Part shown: in pieces, positions 16,247 through 31,200 of the stretch
How positions within the stretch are numbered: the stretch's first letter is position 1
How the letters are laid out: each line of letters begins with the position of its first letter
Origin: the human T2T-CHM13v2.0 reference genome, Homo sapiens
NCBI RefSeq assembly: GCF_009914755.1
Contig: NC_060926.1
Strand: one strand, 5' to 3'
DNA length: 64,000 bases
Translations under genes and position numbers: made by a program
Notes under the pieces: model-generated
Told to the model about the DNA's origin: nothing
What the model saw: the letters and a program-made list of their open reading frames with translations, nothing else
The model's database searches: none

Positions 16247-19200
16247 CACAGACTCACCTACTCACTGGATAAATACATGACAGATAGATCATCCTAACCT
16301 ATGCTTTAGGCTTCACTGAATCCTTGCCAACTATTAACCCTTCCAGTTGGGCTTCAATTTTGGAAATTCATATTAAAATATTAGTTATAAAGGTGGGCCC
16401 TTCTAGAAGCATTTGCTATTCAACATCTGATAAAACCTACTGGTAGGGCCATAGGCCTAATGGTTGACTGTCAGGGAGGGCTGGAAGATGCACCCATTTT
16501 TGGACAGCACACTTAGCTACAGAAGCATGCAAAAACATCAGGATCCTAAAATAAAGAGCAACATTGCAAATCTTTTTCCTAGTTTATATGATTCATCTAC
16601 ACTGTGCTTTGAACTCCTCTATCATCAAAGTTTTCCAATACACAAGGAACTCTCTCTAGAACTGAATTTCACAGAAAAAAAGGCTATCAATGGAAAGCTC
16701 TCTGTTTTACGTTTTGAAAATGCCGTTTGTCACTGTACTGAAACAATATTTTTTGCTCTAAAATATTTTAAAAATTGTCCATTTGATTACAAAAAAGTAA
16801 TTCTCTCTTTACAAATAACAACCAAGCCATGAATCAGATCAGTGTTGCATTTTCCCCTTCCATTCTTGCTTTGTCTTCATTAAAGGAAACACACTGTCAA
16901 ATGTATAATTTTCCCTCTTTGCTCCTTACGCTTAATTGATTTCCAGCATAAAAAAAAGAGTATTAGCCAGAAAAAAGGGAAACCAAGTGATGCCCTCGAA
17001 TCTCATGAGCTCCTCTTAATAACTGTTTAATCTAAAACTGTGTTCACAAATGCTAATTATAAACATCCTTAATTGTGCATGTCACCCACCACGGTTGAGT
17101 GCAATTCAATTTCTTGGACTTTGACATGATGTTCTACTACTACATCACCAGCCAAGGAACTGTCGGGAGCTGAGCCTTTTTACTTTCCACTCAGGGAAGC
17201 AAAATAGGTCAGCAGTCCCAGCATGGTAAATCTGTATTCAACGAGGAATGTGTCTTGGGATGTAAGAGCCCTTACCAGAGCATAGGATATGACCTCTTGC
17301 AGCAACAGCTCCATATGGATTAATAAATCAATTGAATTAACTCATTTAATTACCCTGTGCCGGCAACTGCTTGTGGTTCTGGAGCTTTGGAGATGAGTTA
17401 ACAATAGACAGAGAGACATTTTCCAGTTTACTGCTATGCAAGCTACTCCAAGAGTTGTGATACTGGCTCTTGCAAGAGTGGTAAACAGCAGAGAATTTTA
17501 CAGGTGGAAAAGGGCAGGGAGAGATGGAGAAATGCATTCTAGACAGAGAAAACAACATGACCAGAATATCAGAGGCATTACCTTGTTCTGGGGTTTTGGG
17601 AAGGGCCTGTGGGGCTGTTGAGAGGATTGTGCCAGGGAAAATGGCTGCAAGGTCAGAGTGAGATCAGATTAGAGAAGACCAGCTGTGTTTTCATAAGGGA
17701 TCTGGATTTCGTCCCTTGGACAGGGAGTCACTGAAATGCTCTGAAGCGAAGTGATCTTACCTGCAATTTAATATGATCACACTCTCACTCACAGACAGTT
17801 CAGACTGGCCTTTGGCGCAATTGTGTAGGCAATGCTTGACATTGAAGGCTAAAGTCTACTTTTCTCTGCTTTTTGTGCCACTTCTCCCCAGACCTAACAC
17901 TCTTGCCTCCTTGTAGAAAGCCAGCTTGAGCCCCTTTCAGAATAAGCATTCTCTCAGCAGATCCTGGCTCATCACCCCCAATACAGTAGCAGAAAACTGC
18001 CCCGGGGCTTCTCACCTTTTCTCTTGACAGAATGCTTTCATTTCTTCATTCTGGAAGGAGGCAGCCCAATAAGTGAGCAATGTGGGGAGGCAGTTGCCTG
18101 TGCATATGAGATCAGAGAGCCTCAGTCCACCCTCCAAATGCAGGGGAGAGTGTTTCCTTGCATATTCAGAGGCAAAGCTAGAATAGGTGATATGTCTAGA
18201 GCTGGGAGTGACTGTTGCCACCATGTGGGGGAAGGGGGCAAGATTTGGAAGAGAGAAATGCCACAGAGTGAGTAAAAACACCATTCAGCTCTGCAAAATG
18301 CTGTTGACTCTTTACGGCTCAGAAGTAGAAAATCGGGTGGCTTTCATTGTCTGTGAACGTTCTCACCCATCTCTTGGCCTCTCATTCCCAGGAGAAAAGA
18401 AAAAGGAAATCTTAAACTTGTCAATCAGAGATATTTTATTTATTTCTAATGTAAAAATTACCTACCAGGTAAATAGGCTATCAAGTTGTAATGAGCATTT
18501 GCTTTTAGAGAACATTCATTTCTATTACTGAAGACGAGTTGTAAGACTTACTCATCTTTGATAATAGAAATATTTTCAGTTATGTTAAGTATAGATAACA
18601 GGTTAGTTTGTAGGGCATGTGTGTGCTGAACACAGGAAGGGATGGAAGGATCCAACGGTACCTAATAATCATGAGGTGCCTGAGAGCTAAAAGTTTGTTG
18701 CATACTAAGTATTCAGGAGGTGTTAACTATAAAGAAGCACTAAACATACATGAAGACTTCATGAATATGAGACCTTAATTTGGCTGCCTATTGGAGACAC
18801 TCATTCTGACTCTAAGTGTCCTTTACCCAAGAAACACAAATAAAATAGAAATTAGTCGGCTGTCATCTGGCAAGGTGCAACTGTTGACAAGGTGTACATG
18901 TCTCTGAGTCTTTTCCATAGAGCCAGTGTGTGTTGTTGGCCCAGGGTGTCTTCCATCTGTCGGCCTCTTGCTTGCACTTCAACTCTGGTGCTCCTAAGTC
19001 CATCATCAGTGGGGAAGACCAATCCTTAGAGACAGGCAGGATATGTGAACATCATGGATCCCAGGATTCAGATATTGTGGTCCTTGTTTCTCACCTGCAG
19101 CCTCTCCAAAGTCACTTTGAAGTGTTAATCTACCCAGTCATTCTCTCCTTGCTTCCTTTTGTGTGCTTCAATCTATTAAATGAAGAGTGTGGTTGGATCT

Positions 19201-20339
19201 GTGAGTCTTTCTGTTCAATGGCCTCCGGAATAGGCGGACAGTGTATTGCCTGGTCTTGGAGTCTATGGCAACATCAGGCTAATTTCCCACTCAGTACAAG
19301 TCAAGGTTTAAACTAACCAAGCTATCTCTACTGTCTCAGGAGGTCACTTTTTATCTACCATCTCATTATATGCTCTGGGTATAGGCAAAGATTGAGGAAC
19401 TTCTTGGCTGTTGAGGAAGGGTTTCTTGTCCATACACTGCTTTTGGGTCTGCTCTGCCCACCTTGTCTGGACATGGAGTGTTCTGGTGGCTGAAGAGGCA
19501 TGGCTGCCCCTGTTCAGTTTCTCTGGGGTTAGCTTGGCTCCTACCAATGGCAAACATGTTCCAAGTTAACTATTTGCCTCCAGTCACTAGGTTGCTACAT
19601 ACCACAGCATGCTCAGCTCAGCCCCAGGCCTCCTCCAGTCCACCCAGGCCTCTTGCATATCCTCATCCTGCCATAAACACACAGGAGCCCCTAAGTGGAT
19701 CCCTGTTTGCCCCCACAGGCCGAAGGCATCCGGAGAACTGTGGGAGGTACATCCGCCTGGACGCCTCCCTTTTAAATGAATATGCAACTTCCGCACCATG
19801 CAGAGTGTGGCAGGAAAGAAGCACCACATTGGAAAATCTCATCTTCCTGGGTTTCTCCTCAGAGATTTTATAATATTATCCCTAAAAACAGCACAGTGTA
19901 AGGCCTAAGGGAGCGGGGTGCTGAGATCCTTCTCAGGGATCAGACATCATAATACCTTAGTCCCTGCCTGAAGATTTAGTTCCGTTTTCAGTTTTGGAGA
20001 CTCTGTTCTGATGTTATATCCTGTATCGAACTATGCTATTTTTATAGTAAAAATCATCACTAAAACCTCAAGGCATTGCTCTTAAAATTTTAAATTTAGA
20101 AAATCCTTTTCCCTTTTAACTAATCTTGGACTTGAGGATGACTGACTTGTCATGGACTTTAAGCCTCAACATAGAGCAGAGATGTCCCTAGTTCTAGACC
20201 AGGAGATGCTACTGATTGACCCAAGTAGATACCTATGCAAAACAAGGGATGATCAGGAATGTAAATATATTGATGTTTAAATCTCACTAATATTAGTCCT
20301 ATTTACAAGGTACCCTTATGTTGGCATTTCAGATACTAC

Positions 20340-21700
20340 ATCATTCAGTTCAATTCATTTAACAAATATTCCTTGAGGAGGACCTACTACAGTCCAGGAA
20401 ATGAGCTAAATATAAAACAGTGAAAAAAAATGATCAGGGTTACTACCCTAATGGGGCTTTCATTCTAGTAGGAGAGATTGACAAAAACCAGGTTAGCGTA
20501 TAAATAAACAAGTATCAAGTATTAGGAGAAATAAGCAAATTTTTTTCTACAGATAACCTCAGAGGCTCATTCCTAATAACCTGGCAAGGATTTATCTAAG
20601 AGTAGTGTCTCCCTCTTTAGTGGCAGAGGCTGCTCCCAAACTGTTGAAAATTCCCATGGGGCAAGGAACTTCTGGGCAGCTATAGTTTCCCATCACCTGA
20701 CAAAGAACCCACACCTCAGTTCAGAATGCCTGGTGCCTCATAAATAGCCCAAAGAGTGCATCTCACACTATAAAGTCACTCTTGTGCCAATTTCACAAAG
20801 GAGAAAAAAATAGCATGAGAGATTTCCTTTAAAGGGGGAAATAAGCAGGGGGTATCCACAAGGGCTGAGAGAACAAAGACCCATGAACTTGGGGACCCTT
20901 CTGCCTTTGAATGCCAGCCTGCACTAAGCATTTTCACTAGTATCATTTCCAGTCTTTTACACGATAGCTTTGAGATAAATAGTGTAATGTGATAGATAGT
21001 AACTGAGGACAGAGACTATGTGCCAAGAGGAGAAAACTCCAAGCAGACTTCATTGAGTGAGCCACATTTAAGCACAGACCAGAATGATAAGAAGGAGCAA
21101 GTCATGCAGAGAGCAAGGGAAAAAGCACGCCAGCCCAAAGGATTAGCAAGAGGCAAAGCCCGGAGGTGAGAACAATCTTGACTTCTTCAGGATCCAGAGC
21201 AAGTAGACAATCAGAAGCAAGGGGGTGTGAGGTGAGGTTACAGCCTCAGGTAGAAGCAAACTAAATCAGGCAAGTAGTTTGTTGATGTGTTTGCTCTTCC
21301 CAAGTGCAACCAGAGACCATAGAACAAAAAGGTAGGCAGAGTGGGCTAATGTCATTTATTTCTTTCCAATGTAATCTCAGCTTCTGTGTAAAGAACACAG
21401 GGAGTGTGAATGGAAGCCAAAAACCTGATAGGCTGTTACTGTCAGGTTCCAGGTGATGTTGACCTGGACCAGGATGATGGTGTTGGAGATAGAGAGGAGA
21501 TTGATGCTAGATCCATTTGGGAGGTGGATTGACCATGTTGGAAATAAGAGGCATCAAAGAGCCCTCCCAGGGTTTGTCCTGGCATCTAATAGGTAGATGG
21601 TAATGCCACTTATGAAAATGAGGAAGACTGGCGATGGAAGGGATTAAATGTATTGGTGGGTCATGAGGAAAAAATATGCTTTGGACACACTATCTTTAAA
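20340..21700 (+). mobile_element. Degraded L2 fragments
   Basis: tcattcagttcaattcatttaacaaatatt...cattctagtaggagag...tgttggagatagagagg, L2-like. Confidence 0.55.
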
Positions 21701-23229
21701 TGACTTTTGGAAATTCCTATGCTGGGGAAAAATTGTGTGAGAAAGACCTTCTTGGCTCATACTCCTACAAATACCCTGCACGTAAGCAACATACCACTCC
21801 ATCTGACCATTCATGGTCCCTTTTATCACAACACTCTCCACTTCCTCTGAGGGCAAGTCAGTCAGCAGTTTGCACAGATGCATTTCCTCCCATGATCTGT
21901 CCTGAGCTTGGCCACCACTTCCATATTATGTCAGACATTTTCCCTCTGTGTGCCTGAAAGAGTGGTTCATCATCCAGATGCCAACCTGGCAAGCAGAGAG
22001 ACCCTGAATCTTCAGGCATGCACCTGAAGCAAAGCGAAACAGCAGAAATCTAGAAATCCAGGTTGAATTCAGAACCCAGCTGTCCTGCCCTGCCTGGGAA
22101 GAGTTGCCAGCAGATGACTGAGTTAACGTTTCTAATTGAGGGCTGCTTTCTTTGTCTCCTTCCAGAGGAGGAGAAAGGGGATAAGGAAAAGGAGAGGGAG
22201 TGATTCCATGGTGGGAAGAAATAAAGAAGAATTGCTACACACGCTGAACTTATTAGTTTCCTCCCAGGAATTTTCTAAGAATGCTCTCCCCTGCCTTTAT
22301 ATGAGCCCCACTTATGATCAGAATGGCCCAACTGGGGCCATTCAACTGTGCCAGGAAATTGTTATTAATTACTGTTTGATTATTTCCTAGGCAAATGCTT
22401 TCTCTTTTCAAATATATTTATTGAGAGTCAGCAGGTTCAAGGCACAACATTCCGTACTGATGAAACGACACTCAACTAGAGAGACCAGACCCTTGTTTTC
22501 TTGGAGCTCAGAGTGTAGTAGGGTGCAGACAATAAACAAACAACAAACACACTCCTAAAGGTAATCTCAGATAGTGATGAGTGCTGTAAAGAAAATAAGA
22601 CAGCAAAACACAGTAAACAGAGGGTGGGGTGAGGGCAAATTATATTAAACATTTAAAGGAAGGTTTGCTGAGGAGGTGACTTCTGGGTTGAGAAGGAATT
22701 AGCAAGCACAATTTTGGGGGAAGGGTTTTCCAGGTCATGGAATGCAGGGACAAAACTTCTCAGGTGAGGTTAAACTTGGACAATGGTCAGTGGGCCTGCA
22801 GGCTGCTGCATGGTAGAGAGTAGTCTGAGGTCTGGTCACAGAGCTGGCCTGGCCCCTTTGCTTCCTGACTCTCTGTTTGTGCTCAGGGTACCTGAAAGCA
22901 GAAATCACCTTTCACATGTGTGCCATTTTCCCCACAGGCTATAGTGCAAGATTAGGCAAATAGGAGGCATATGAGACACAAATGAGATGGGATTGAACCA
23001 GATTTAAATGAAATTGGAGAGGACTGATTTAGGAATTGAGTGGCACTTGATTCAGCTGCTCTTCCTTGCTTCATATTTTATACATCAGCTACACCAAACA
23101 GCTTGTTGCCACCTGCATCCACCTGCCTGTGCTCTTGATGCCTGTCTGCTTGGAAAAATCTTCCTATCCCCCTCTGAATAGTTAGCTCCTCCTTACCATT
23201 TAAAGCTTCTCTCAATATTGCTATATCCA

Positions 23230-23341
23230 GGAAATACCAGTAGCATCCTTACTTGATTCCTGACAACCGCAAATGTCTCTAGATATTGCCAAATGTCTGT
23301 GGAAAGAGTGGGAAAAATCAACCGCAGTTGAGAATCACTGT
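23230..23341. mobile_element. MER20 fragment (hAT-Charlie)
   Basis: gacaaccgcaaatgtctctagatattgccaaatgtc...gttgagaatcactg. Confidence 0.7.
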
Positions 23342-23416
23342 TCTATTTCTCCCCAGATACACACACAAAACCTTCTTCCCCAGTAAGGAGAGAGAAAAGG
23401 CAAGAGGAAACAAAAT

Positions 23417-24313
23417 ATTGAAAAACACAAGCAGCCCACATCAAGCCTTGCTGCATTGTTATAAAACAGTTCTAAGTTAAACCCACCTTAAATTAGTGCA
23501 TCCTGTACCATTTTAACTTGCACAATGGAATAACTATTTAAAAATCAGAGAAAGGAGAAAACCAGGAGACCCATTTAGGAACTGAGGCTCTGCTTTTGTA
23601 TCTAGAACTCCAACAACACTGTTAAACTTCACGTTGGTGAGATCAGGACTATACTAAAAAGACATCATCATTACTTTTTAATTACTGCTAATTACTACCT
23701 ACTATTGTTTGCATGTTGCTTGGTTGGTTCAGTTTCCTTGAAAATAAATGAACTTTGCTACCTGGCCCTGATAACATTTTTGTGTTTATAGCTTGACACC
23801 AACCCAAGTTCTTGGCAGATATTTTTCACCCACACCCAGAGAAGTGGGGCCATCACCCCAAAAGCAGCTGTAAATTTGCATCCAAAGGACACAGAGGCTT
23901 AGAGGCTGGAAATAGAACCCCAGGTGCAGAGAAGGGCACGAGGGATATGCCCTAGATGACTGAGCAAGGAAATACATTTAATTCAAGCCTGGCAGTCACC
24001 CGCAAAAGTAATGGCCCCAGGGACTGAGTCCAGTGCTAAGCTATTCACTTCCTCTTCCATGTTCCCCGAAGAATAAATGTGTATCTTCAACCAAAGGTGC
24101 CTGGGTCTTCAGGAGCTGCCTGCCATGTAGGCCTCTGCGCATTGAAAAACACAAGCAGCCCACATCAAGCCTGTTGCATTGTTATAAAACAGTTCTAAGT
24201 TAAACACACCTTAAATTAGTGCATCCTGTACCATTTTAACGGCACGATGGAATAACTATTTAAAAATCAGAGAAAGAAGAAAACCAGGAGACCCATTTAG
24301 GAACTGAGGCTCT
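23417..24313 (+). repeat. Pair of ~175-bp direct repeats (23417-23591 and 24141-24313)
   Basis: attgaaaaacacaagcagcccacatcaagcc...ttaggaactgaggctct occurs twice with few mismatches. Confidence 0.95.
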
Positions 24314-24699
24314 TGACACTGGGACGTTGACAAGGTTTTCGCAGAGTCCCTCGGCCTGTCTTTTTTGCCTGCTTATTCCACCTCCAGGCTTTACTTTTCT
24401 CTAAGATTTTAATGTTATTTCCCTGTTCCTCTATCTTTCTGTCCCTTAAAATCCAATTGCAGGAAGAGCTCTGAGAGGCCTATTCCCTGAAGAATTAATA
24501 GCTGCTAATAACTTACTGTACCATCCTTCTCAAGTGAACTCATAAATTATTCTTCCACAGTTGAATTTATCATCTTGGGGGAAAAAGGAACATTTCCTTT
24601 TCTCTTAATTATTAAAATATCTATATGATATTGATGACTTTTTGTCTCTTTTCAGGGCCCTGATGTATATTTTCTTAAAGCATAATTAATAATTATGTA

Positions 24700-25015
24700 G
24701 CGCTGTACTGTCTAATACTATAGCTACTAGTCATGTGTGTCTGTTGAGCAACTGAATGTGGCTAGTCTGAATTGATTTGGGTGGTAAGTAAAAAATACAA
24801 ACTGGCTTTCCAAGATCTAGTGTGAACAAGCTATAAAATATCTCATTCATAATTTTCGTATTGATTATATGTTAAAATGATATTTTGGATATATTAGATG
24901 AAATAAAATATAATATTAAAATTAATTTTACCAGTTTCCTTTTACTTTTTTATGTTATTACTAGAATATTTTAATTTCTATACATGGCTTTCATTTTATT
25001 TCTATTTGGCAGTAC
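24700..25015. mobile_element. MER33/MER3-type hAT-Charlie element
   Basis: tagctactagtcatgtgtg...tgtggctagtctgaattga...atattttggatatatt...tttctatttggcagtac. Confidence 0.75.
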
Positions 25016-28000
25016 CTCATCAATGTGCTCTTATAGTCATTCGACATCCAAGAGATTGATACTTAACACATCTTACAAAAAAAAAATACAACGGAAACTA
25101 GCAATTTGCTCATGATTACACAGCTAGCAGCAAAAATAGACCCTGAGTCCGCTAAGTAGAAAAACTGGCCTTTACGTAAAAATCCAAGTTTGACAGCAAA
25201 CTTCAACACAAAGCCTTTTTTTCCAAGAACTTGTATTGCTCTTAAAGCAATTTTTCACTTTTTGAGTTGAAATGACAGACAGCTAGAAGGATAAGGAAAT
25301 CGCATCCTTCTGGGGGCTCAGGAGTTCCTCATGCCTGGTGAATTGTACTGTGAGGCAATGAAACAAAAAGCATTAATAAAGAAAGCTCTGTTGTAACAAA
25401 CCAAAAAAAAAATGTTGAGTTATTTTTTTCAAGGGAAACAGACTAACTGAATTGCCTGGTTACTTTGCCCCAGTTTCTCCTCCACTCTCCAAGCTCAACA
25501 GAGATTAATTACTCACATCTTGGATTTTGCTGTTACAGTCTCTGAGCAGACGCACTTTGCTTTCCTTCTCCAGAACACCTGCCACATCCTCCCTGCATCA
25601 ACAGTGATGGATATAAGATTAGGCTCTTGCCGTCTCATCACAAAAGTCATCCTTGTATGTCCTTCATCACTGGCCAGAGCCTGTGATGTCCTGTTTCACT
25701 GTAATAGGTGATCCCAGAGTGTGATGCAGCAAAAAGGCTGGGGCTGGGGCTCAAAACACCTAGCTCAGGTGAGTGAGCACCTCATCATTGGAGGTATTTG
25801 GTTTAGGCAGAGTTGACTTGGATGAAATTTAGGGTATCTTTCAACCCGAAAGAAGAGTCAGTAGATCGATAGCAAAGGGATCCTGCAGAGGAATAACCCA
25901 TCTATAACTTTGTCTCTATTATTGGCCCCTGCCCATCCCCTAATTCTAACTTTGATCGTTGCTGTTGGGATATCACCTCCACTTGTGCTGAGGTATCTCT
26001 TCCTGGTTCCAGGATAATTGAGTCTCGAAGGCTGAAGAAAAAATGCAGTAACTCATGTGGATATACTGGCAGCCCTGATAATGGAGCTCAATCGACAGCT
26101 GTGCCAGGAATTACTTAGGTGTTGAATGTAACTTCAAAGGTCAATAAACGTGCAGTAAGTTCAGCCTGAAGCTGAACACACACCGATACCAGTGTGAGGG
26201 ACCTGGGGTTGTTTCCCCTTCTCCTTTGCTAAAAGAGTTCTAACAGTCTACTTTCAGGTTAACATAGTATTTCTGTATTTTTGCTGCAGGGTCACGTTCT
26301 TTTTTTGTATATATATTTTTTAATAATTAGAGGTTTTCTTTGCAACATGGCAAGAGCAATAAATCACATAGCCTTTATTTATGATATTTTACATGCTGCA
26401 GACAGTTTTATTTAGAGAAAATTTGCAGGGACTAAGGAATTGTCTGATGTCTATTTCCCCCTCAATTTAAAGACCTCTGTACCTAGCCCCATGTTAGGCA
26501 CTGTGATATTTTAAAAAGATAAAGATACAGTCCCTGGACTTTCCAAGTGTTAATGTACTTGGAGAGACATGAATGGGTGAAATTATGAACAATACAATAT
26601 CAATGCGGGAAATAGGGGTATAAACATTGCTTCTGCAGGTAGGACTGTATTCTATGCCTTCTCACTGAGTATAAGGCTCTGGCCATTTTACTATGCCCAT
26701 TTAGTCCTCTTGAAATTCTTATCAAAACTTAAGCTAAAATATCCCAAACCAAAATCTCCACTTCTCATAATCGAAATTGTCCTGCAGGTGTACGTATCAC
26801 TGTTACTTAGATTGTAACAGGGCTTTATATCCCATCAGATTTTTGCACTTAGGTCATGTCTCATTTCTGAGATTCAATTTCTTCATATGTAAATTTAGAT
26901 TACTAACATCCGTATGACTCTAGCTTTCTTTGATCCATATTATAAAAATTTTTTAAAAAATACACTGATGAAATGAGTTGCAAATATTGAGCATCACTAA
27001 CATTGTGATGGTGGTTTGGATACACATTCTCTCCTATCTGCATAGCATTTTCCCCTCCTAACTGGTCTCCCCATTTCTGGCACCTCTCTCTGCATTTTAA
27101 TTTGTATTCATGTTGCTTCTCTACCAAGGTGAGCACAGAAAATTTATCCTGGGTTTTGGTTTCAGCTTTATTCCATAAGCATCAGAATGAGCCTAAACTG
27201 TGTCTGTATCTCAAGTTCAAACATGCCTCAGCATCCATCTGGGACTGCTCCAGCCCATTCTGATATTACTTTTAGCGGGCTGAGGAGTCTTTTTGGAGAT
27301 AACTTATAAAGAAAACAAGGTCAGGCAGAAAAGTCTGACTCCAGTACAAAGTGTGGGCCATGAGAGAAAAGGAGTGACTATGAGTAGAGTGTGGTGACAT
27401 CACACAGAACCTGCCCCAGCCCTATTCTTGAGATCCACATCTTCTTAAATAAGAAAGAGATGGTGTCCAACCAGAAGTGGAAATAGCTGTTTCAATAAAA
27501 TGCACTAAAATAGTGGGGTTCAGGCATAATGGATGCCAAAACAGCAAGAGACCTTTGTACTTCTTTGGGAGTTCTCTAACCGGGTGTAACGTGAGATGGG
27601 GAGATCCATCTTCCTCTCCTCCACTCTGCATGGACGTTTTCATAGTCCACAACTGGATACCATGGGGGCTTTATGGGAGCATCAGTGCTGACATTGCCTG
27701 TATGTGAACTATACATCAGTGGTGGTGTCTGGTAGGAGACCTCAGTGGACAACCTACTGGGAATTGAAAATGCAATGTCAGAAGACTTGCCCAGAAACCC
27801 ATATCAGATAACCCAGTGAATCTGCAGAAATTCTTGAGGTGGCAGGAAGCAAGATTTTCCAGCAAGCCCTGCATTAGAAAGGTGGTCAAACAGTCCATGA
27901 AATTCAAGTCTTTATTTCTAATGGAACCCTATTTGAACCCACACTTATAGAAATTCAGGTTACACTTATATGTCCTGCCTACACTCCCTACCCCAAAATC

Positions 28001-28163
28001 CCCACATACATACAAACATAGCTTAAATAGGATGAACTACCCGTTTGTTAGCTAAATAAGTGTTGAATGATCTCCAGATCTCTGCTGTCATGTGAGCATT
28101 TTGTGTGGTCACTTTTGAATGTCTACAAAAAACATTCCCCTTCAAAAATGTGTAAATAACCGA

Positions 28164-28182
28164 ACACACACACACACACACA

Positions 28183-28221
<39 letters not shown>
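28164..28221. repeat. (CA)n microsatellite, interrupted once
   Basis: AC run broken by a cc near 28190. Confidence 0.97.
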
Positions 28222-28222
<1 letters not shown>

Positions 28223-31200
28223 GGAAGAAACAAAAATATATCCATGTAGCTTATCATGGTGCAATAAATAAACACACTTGGAGACTGTCCTTGCTTAAAG
28301 AATGATAACCCATAAAGACCTTTATATTTTTCTAGTTTTTTTCTCATTGTCACATAGTTTGCAAGATTACTTGAATTTTACCCCAAAGAAATAAAAGAGG
28401 GGTCTAGAGTTCTGGAGCAAAGAATAAACAAAATAGTCCCAGGCACAGATTATAGATGGAGAAGGTTGGACCAGATGGTGGAATGTGATGGATGGCTACG
28501 GTCCTCAAGGATGCGGCCCCAGCACCTTACACTTAAGGCAAAGGGGTATAGGAAGTAACAGTGAGTGTCCAATGCTAGACAATGGGTCAAGATTCAGAAG
28601 CTGTTAGGTTGTAGCAAATATTTGCTTATCCCCCCAAAAGAACCTAGATGGTAGATATTATCATCACCATTTTATGGCGAAAAAATATTTACAAACTAGA
28701 GTTTGAGATGACATGAGCAGAATTCATAGGCACAATCAGTAGGAGAGTGAGCTAGAATGTGAACTTTGGAATGACCAGATGTAAAAGGCCTGTGTCTTTA
28801 TTCTCATGCTGTGCTAGGAAGGTCAATGTTTGCCTTTGATTCTCGGAAGAATCTTGAAATATTTTATCACCAATGAAATAGAGAAAAGTTAAATGACTTG
28901 CCCAGTCTCGCATAACCAGAAACTCTTAGAGCTAATATTTAAACCCATTTATGACCTCAAAGCTCAGTTATTTGCTCTTCTCCAAAACTGTATTATGAGT
29001 ATGAATGAGGCTGCTCTCCGAGAAAACAGCATCATATCCATGGCCTCCTGTCGCTTGCTGGTGAGAAGTGTTTGTGAATATGCTGTTAAATAGAAGACCC
29101 ATGGCTGTTCTGTTGTGGCATTCCTGACTTTATACAGTGAAAGAAAGGGGCTTACCACTTTGTTTAAAACATATATAAAGTATATAACCAGAGGGATAAA
29201 AACCACTTAGTTTACCACAAACCTCCCCCATGTGAGAGGATTAAAACCCATTTTAGGGTATCACCAAGATATTGTTTATGGTAGAGAGAGGGGTGATTAA
29301 TGATTAGAATCTGTGATTTGAGGATCTCTATTTTTGCTTTGAGCTTAAGCCAAGAACACCACACTAAGCATGTTCTGCTAAATAATTCAGACACTTGGAG
29401 CTTTTCCTGCTGCCTTCCATGTTTGAAGGCAATATCCCTGACCACCTCTCAGTCCCCATTAGTAGTGATAAACTGTGAGTCCTATCCTCTGCAGAGAAGA
29501 AAGCTTTATTGATTCATGCAACCCCCTGAATGTTGAGTACCTGCATTTATGAGCCAGGTGGGGTAAAAGGTCAGATTCTTGACTGTCCTCAAACCAGATG
29601 TGTTAAGCTGTAGGAGGCTAGAGAACAAATGTACAAAGACTGAAGGTCCTACTGCTATTTCCCCTTAATGCAACAGAGTAAGTGGAGCTGTCCACTGCTT
29701 TTCATTTAATGGGAAAACGTAAATGTTCAACACAAGAAGCTTCACTTAAAATTTTATGTAGAAAAAAATTGTTTTGAAGGAAGTAGAAGACATTTCCAGT
29801 TCTCTTGATGACCTTGAACACGTCAAGAGTTTTTTTTAAGTAATATGTATATTTAAAGGTGTAAAAATCCAAGCCCAAGAGATCTAATAAGAATACAATG
29901 AAACTTGTGATATAAGCATGTTGAAGAGAGAGATGTTACTATCATCCATATGCATGTTCATGGATACATCATAGTCTCCCCAAAGTATTTCTACATCATT
30001 GGTCTCACCAGATTCTCCTATTATACCCTTAAACTAGAAAGGGTAAATATTTAGTTGGAGTAAATCCTCAGGTCCCTCATGACCTTGGAAGAAATTGTTG
30101 TTACCATACTGTTGGCTTATTCAGCTTGCCTGAGTTTCAGTCTTGGTTTTATGATTTGCACTCGAGTTTTGCAGGGGAACATAGCCTAGTTTTGAAAATC
30201 TACCCTCTATGATTCTGACAACAAGATTGCTGATATTTCCTTGTATTGTCTCAGATCCCCCAAACACAACACAAATTTCTGAGCACCACTGTAGCTCCCA
30301 AGCTTGACATGTATCCTCAATCCATCCCCTTGGAGAAAGACAGCTTTATTTGATGGACTTGGGTTTGTACCCTTCCTTGGATTTACTGTCATGAATTTGA
30401 GTTTGTTCTGTGCCCTTTAGGCATATGCTGATTTTCTCATCTCCCCACTTCAGAGAATTTCCTAGGATATACTGTGATCAAGCTCTTGTATTACCTGGAG
30501 GTAGACAACTGAGATAAAAGATACCAGCTAAAAAACACTTGAAACATGTTAATTTTCACAAAGAAAAACCACCATTCTAAACCTATGTCCCCATACATGT
30601 GCACCTAAATTCACACATGTGGGTATATTCACATACCCAAGAAATCACAACCACATTTTCAAGGCTCATGCTTCAATTACAGACAAGAATGACTTGGAGC
30701 AATTCTTATTTGCTCTCAAAAATTAATTAGACCAACATACCATGCAGTAAATATCTTTGTATAAAATGACATTTAAATTTTACATGAGGCTTAGAGAAGG
30801 TAACCACCAATCACCTTCTAAGAATTCCATTAGTGGAAAGCAAAGAAGGTGTTCTAAAATTAATGAATCTATCAACTGGAGTGAAACATTCAAAAAACCT
30901 ACCAAGTCAAAGAGCAATTAATTGGGTCTTTTCAGAATTTAATTCGTTCCTGCTGAATGCCTGAAGAATGTTACTCAAAATGAAATAATGTGGAGTTGAA
31001 TATCAAGAACAAAGAATTCAGGAATAGAATACACTTCTCATCCTGACTTGGTCACTAATGTACATTTTGACATAAACTAAGTCCAGTTTCTACATTTCTT
31101 CCTTGTAATATGGAATGGATTAACACCTGCCCTGCTTAACATATGGGATAATTTTGAGGAAAAAATGATATAATGGATGATATAGACAATTTAGACATTG

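Noticed and set aside
17205-17310. + strand peptide HGKSVFNEECVLGCKSPYQSIG, vaguely selectin/Sushi-like
   Set aside because: Lacks the downstream C/W/C pattern and lies on the opposite strand from the other candidate; likely chance.
28023-28353. CVCVCV-rich ORFs (and YLSI-repeat ORF at 62766-63080)
   Set aside because: Translations of (CA)n and (GATA)n microsatellites.
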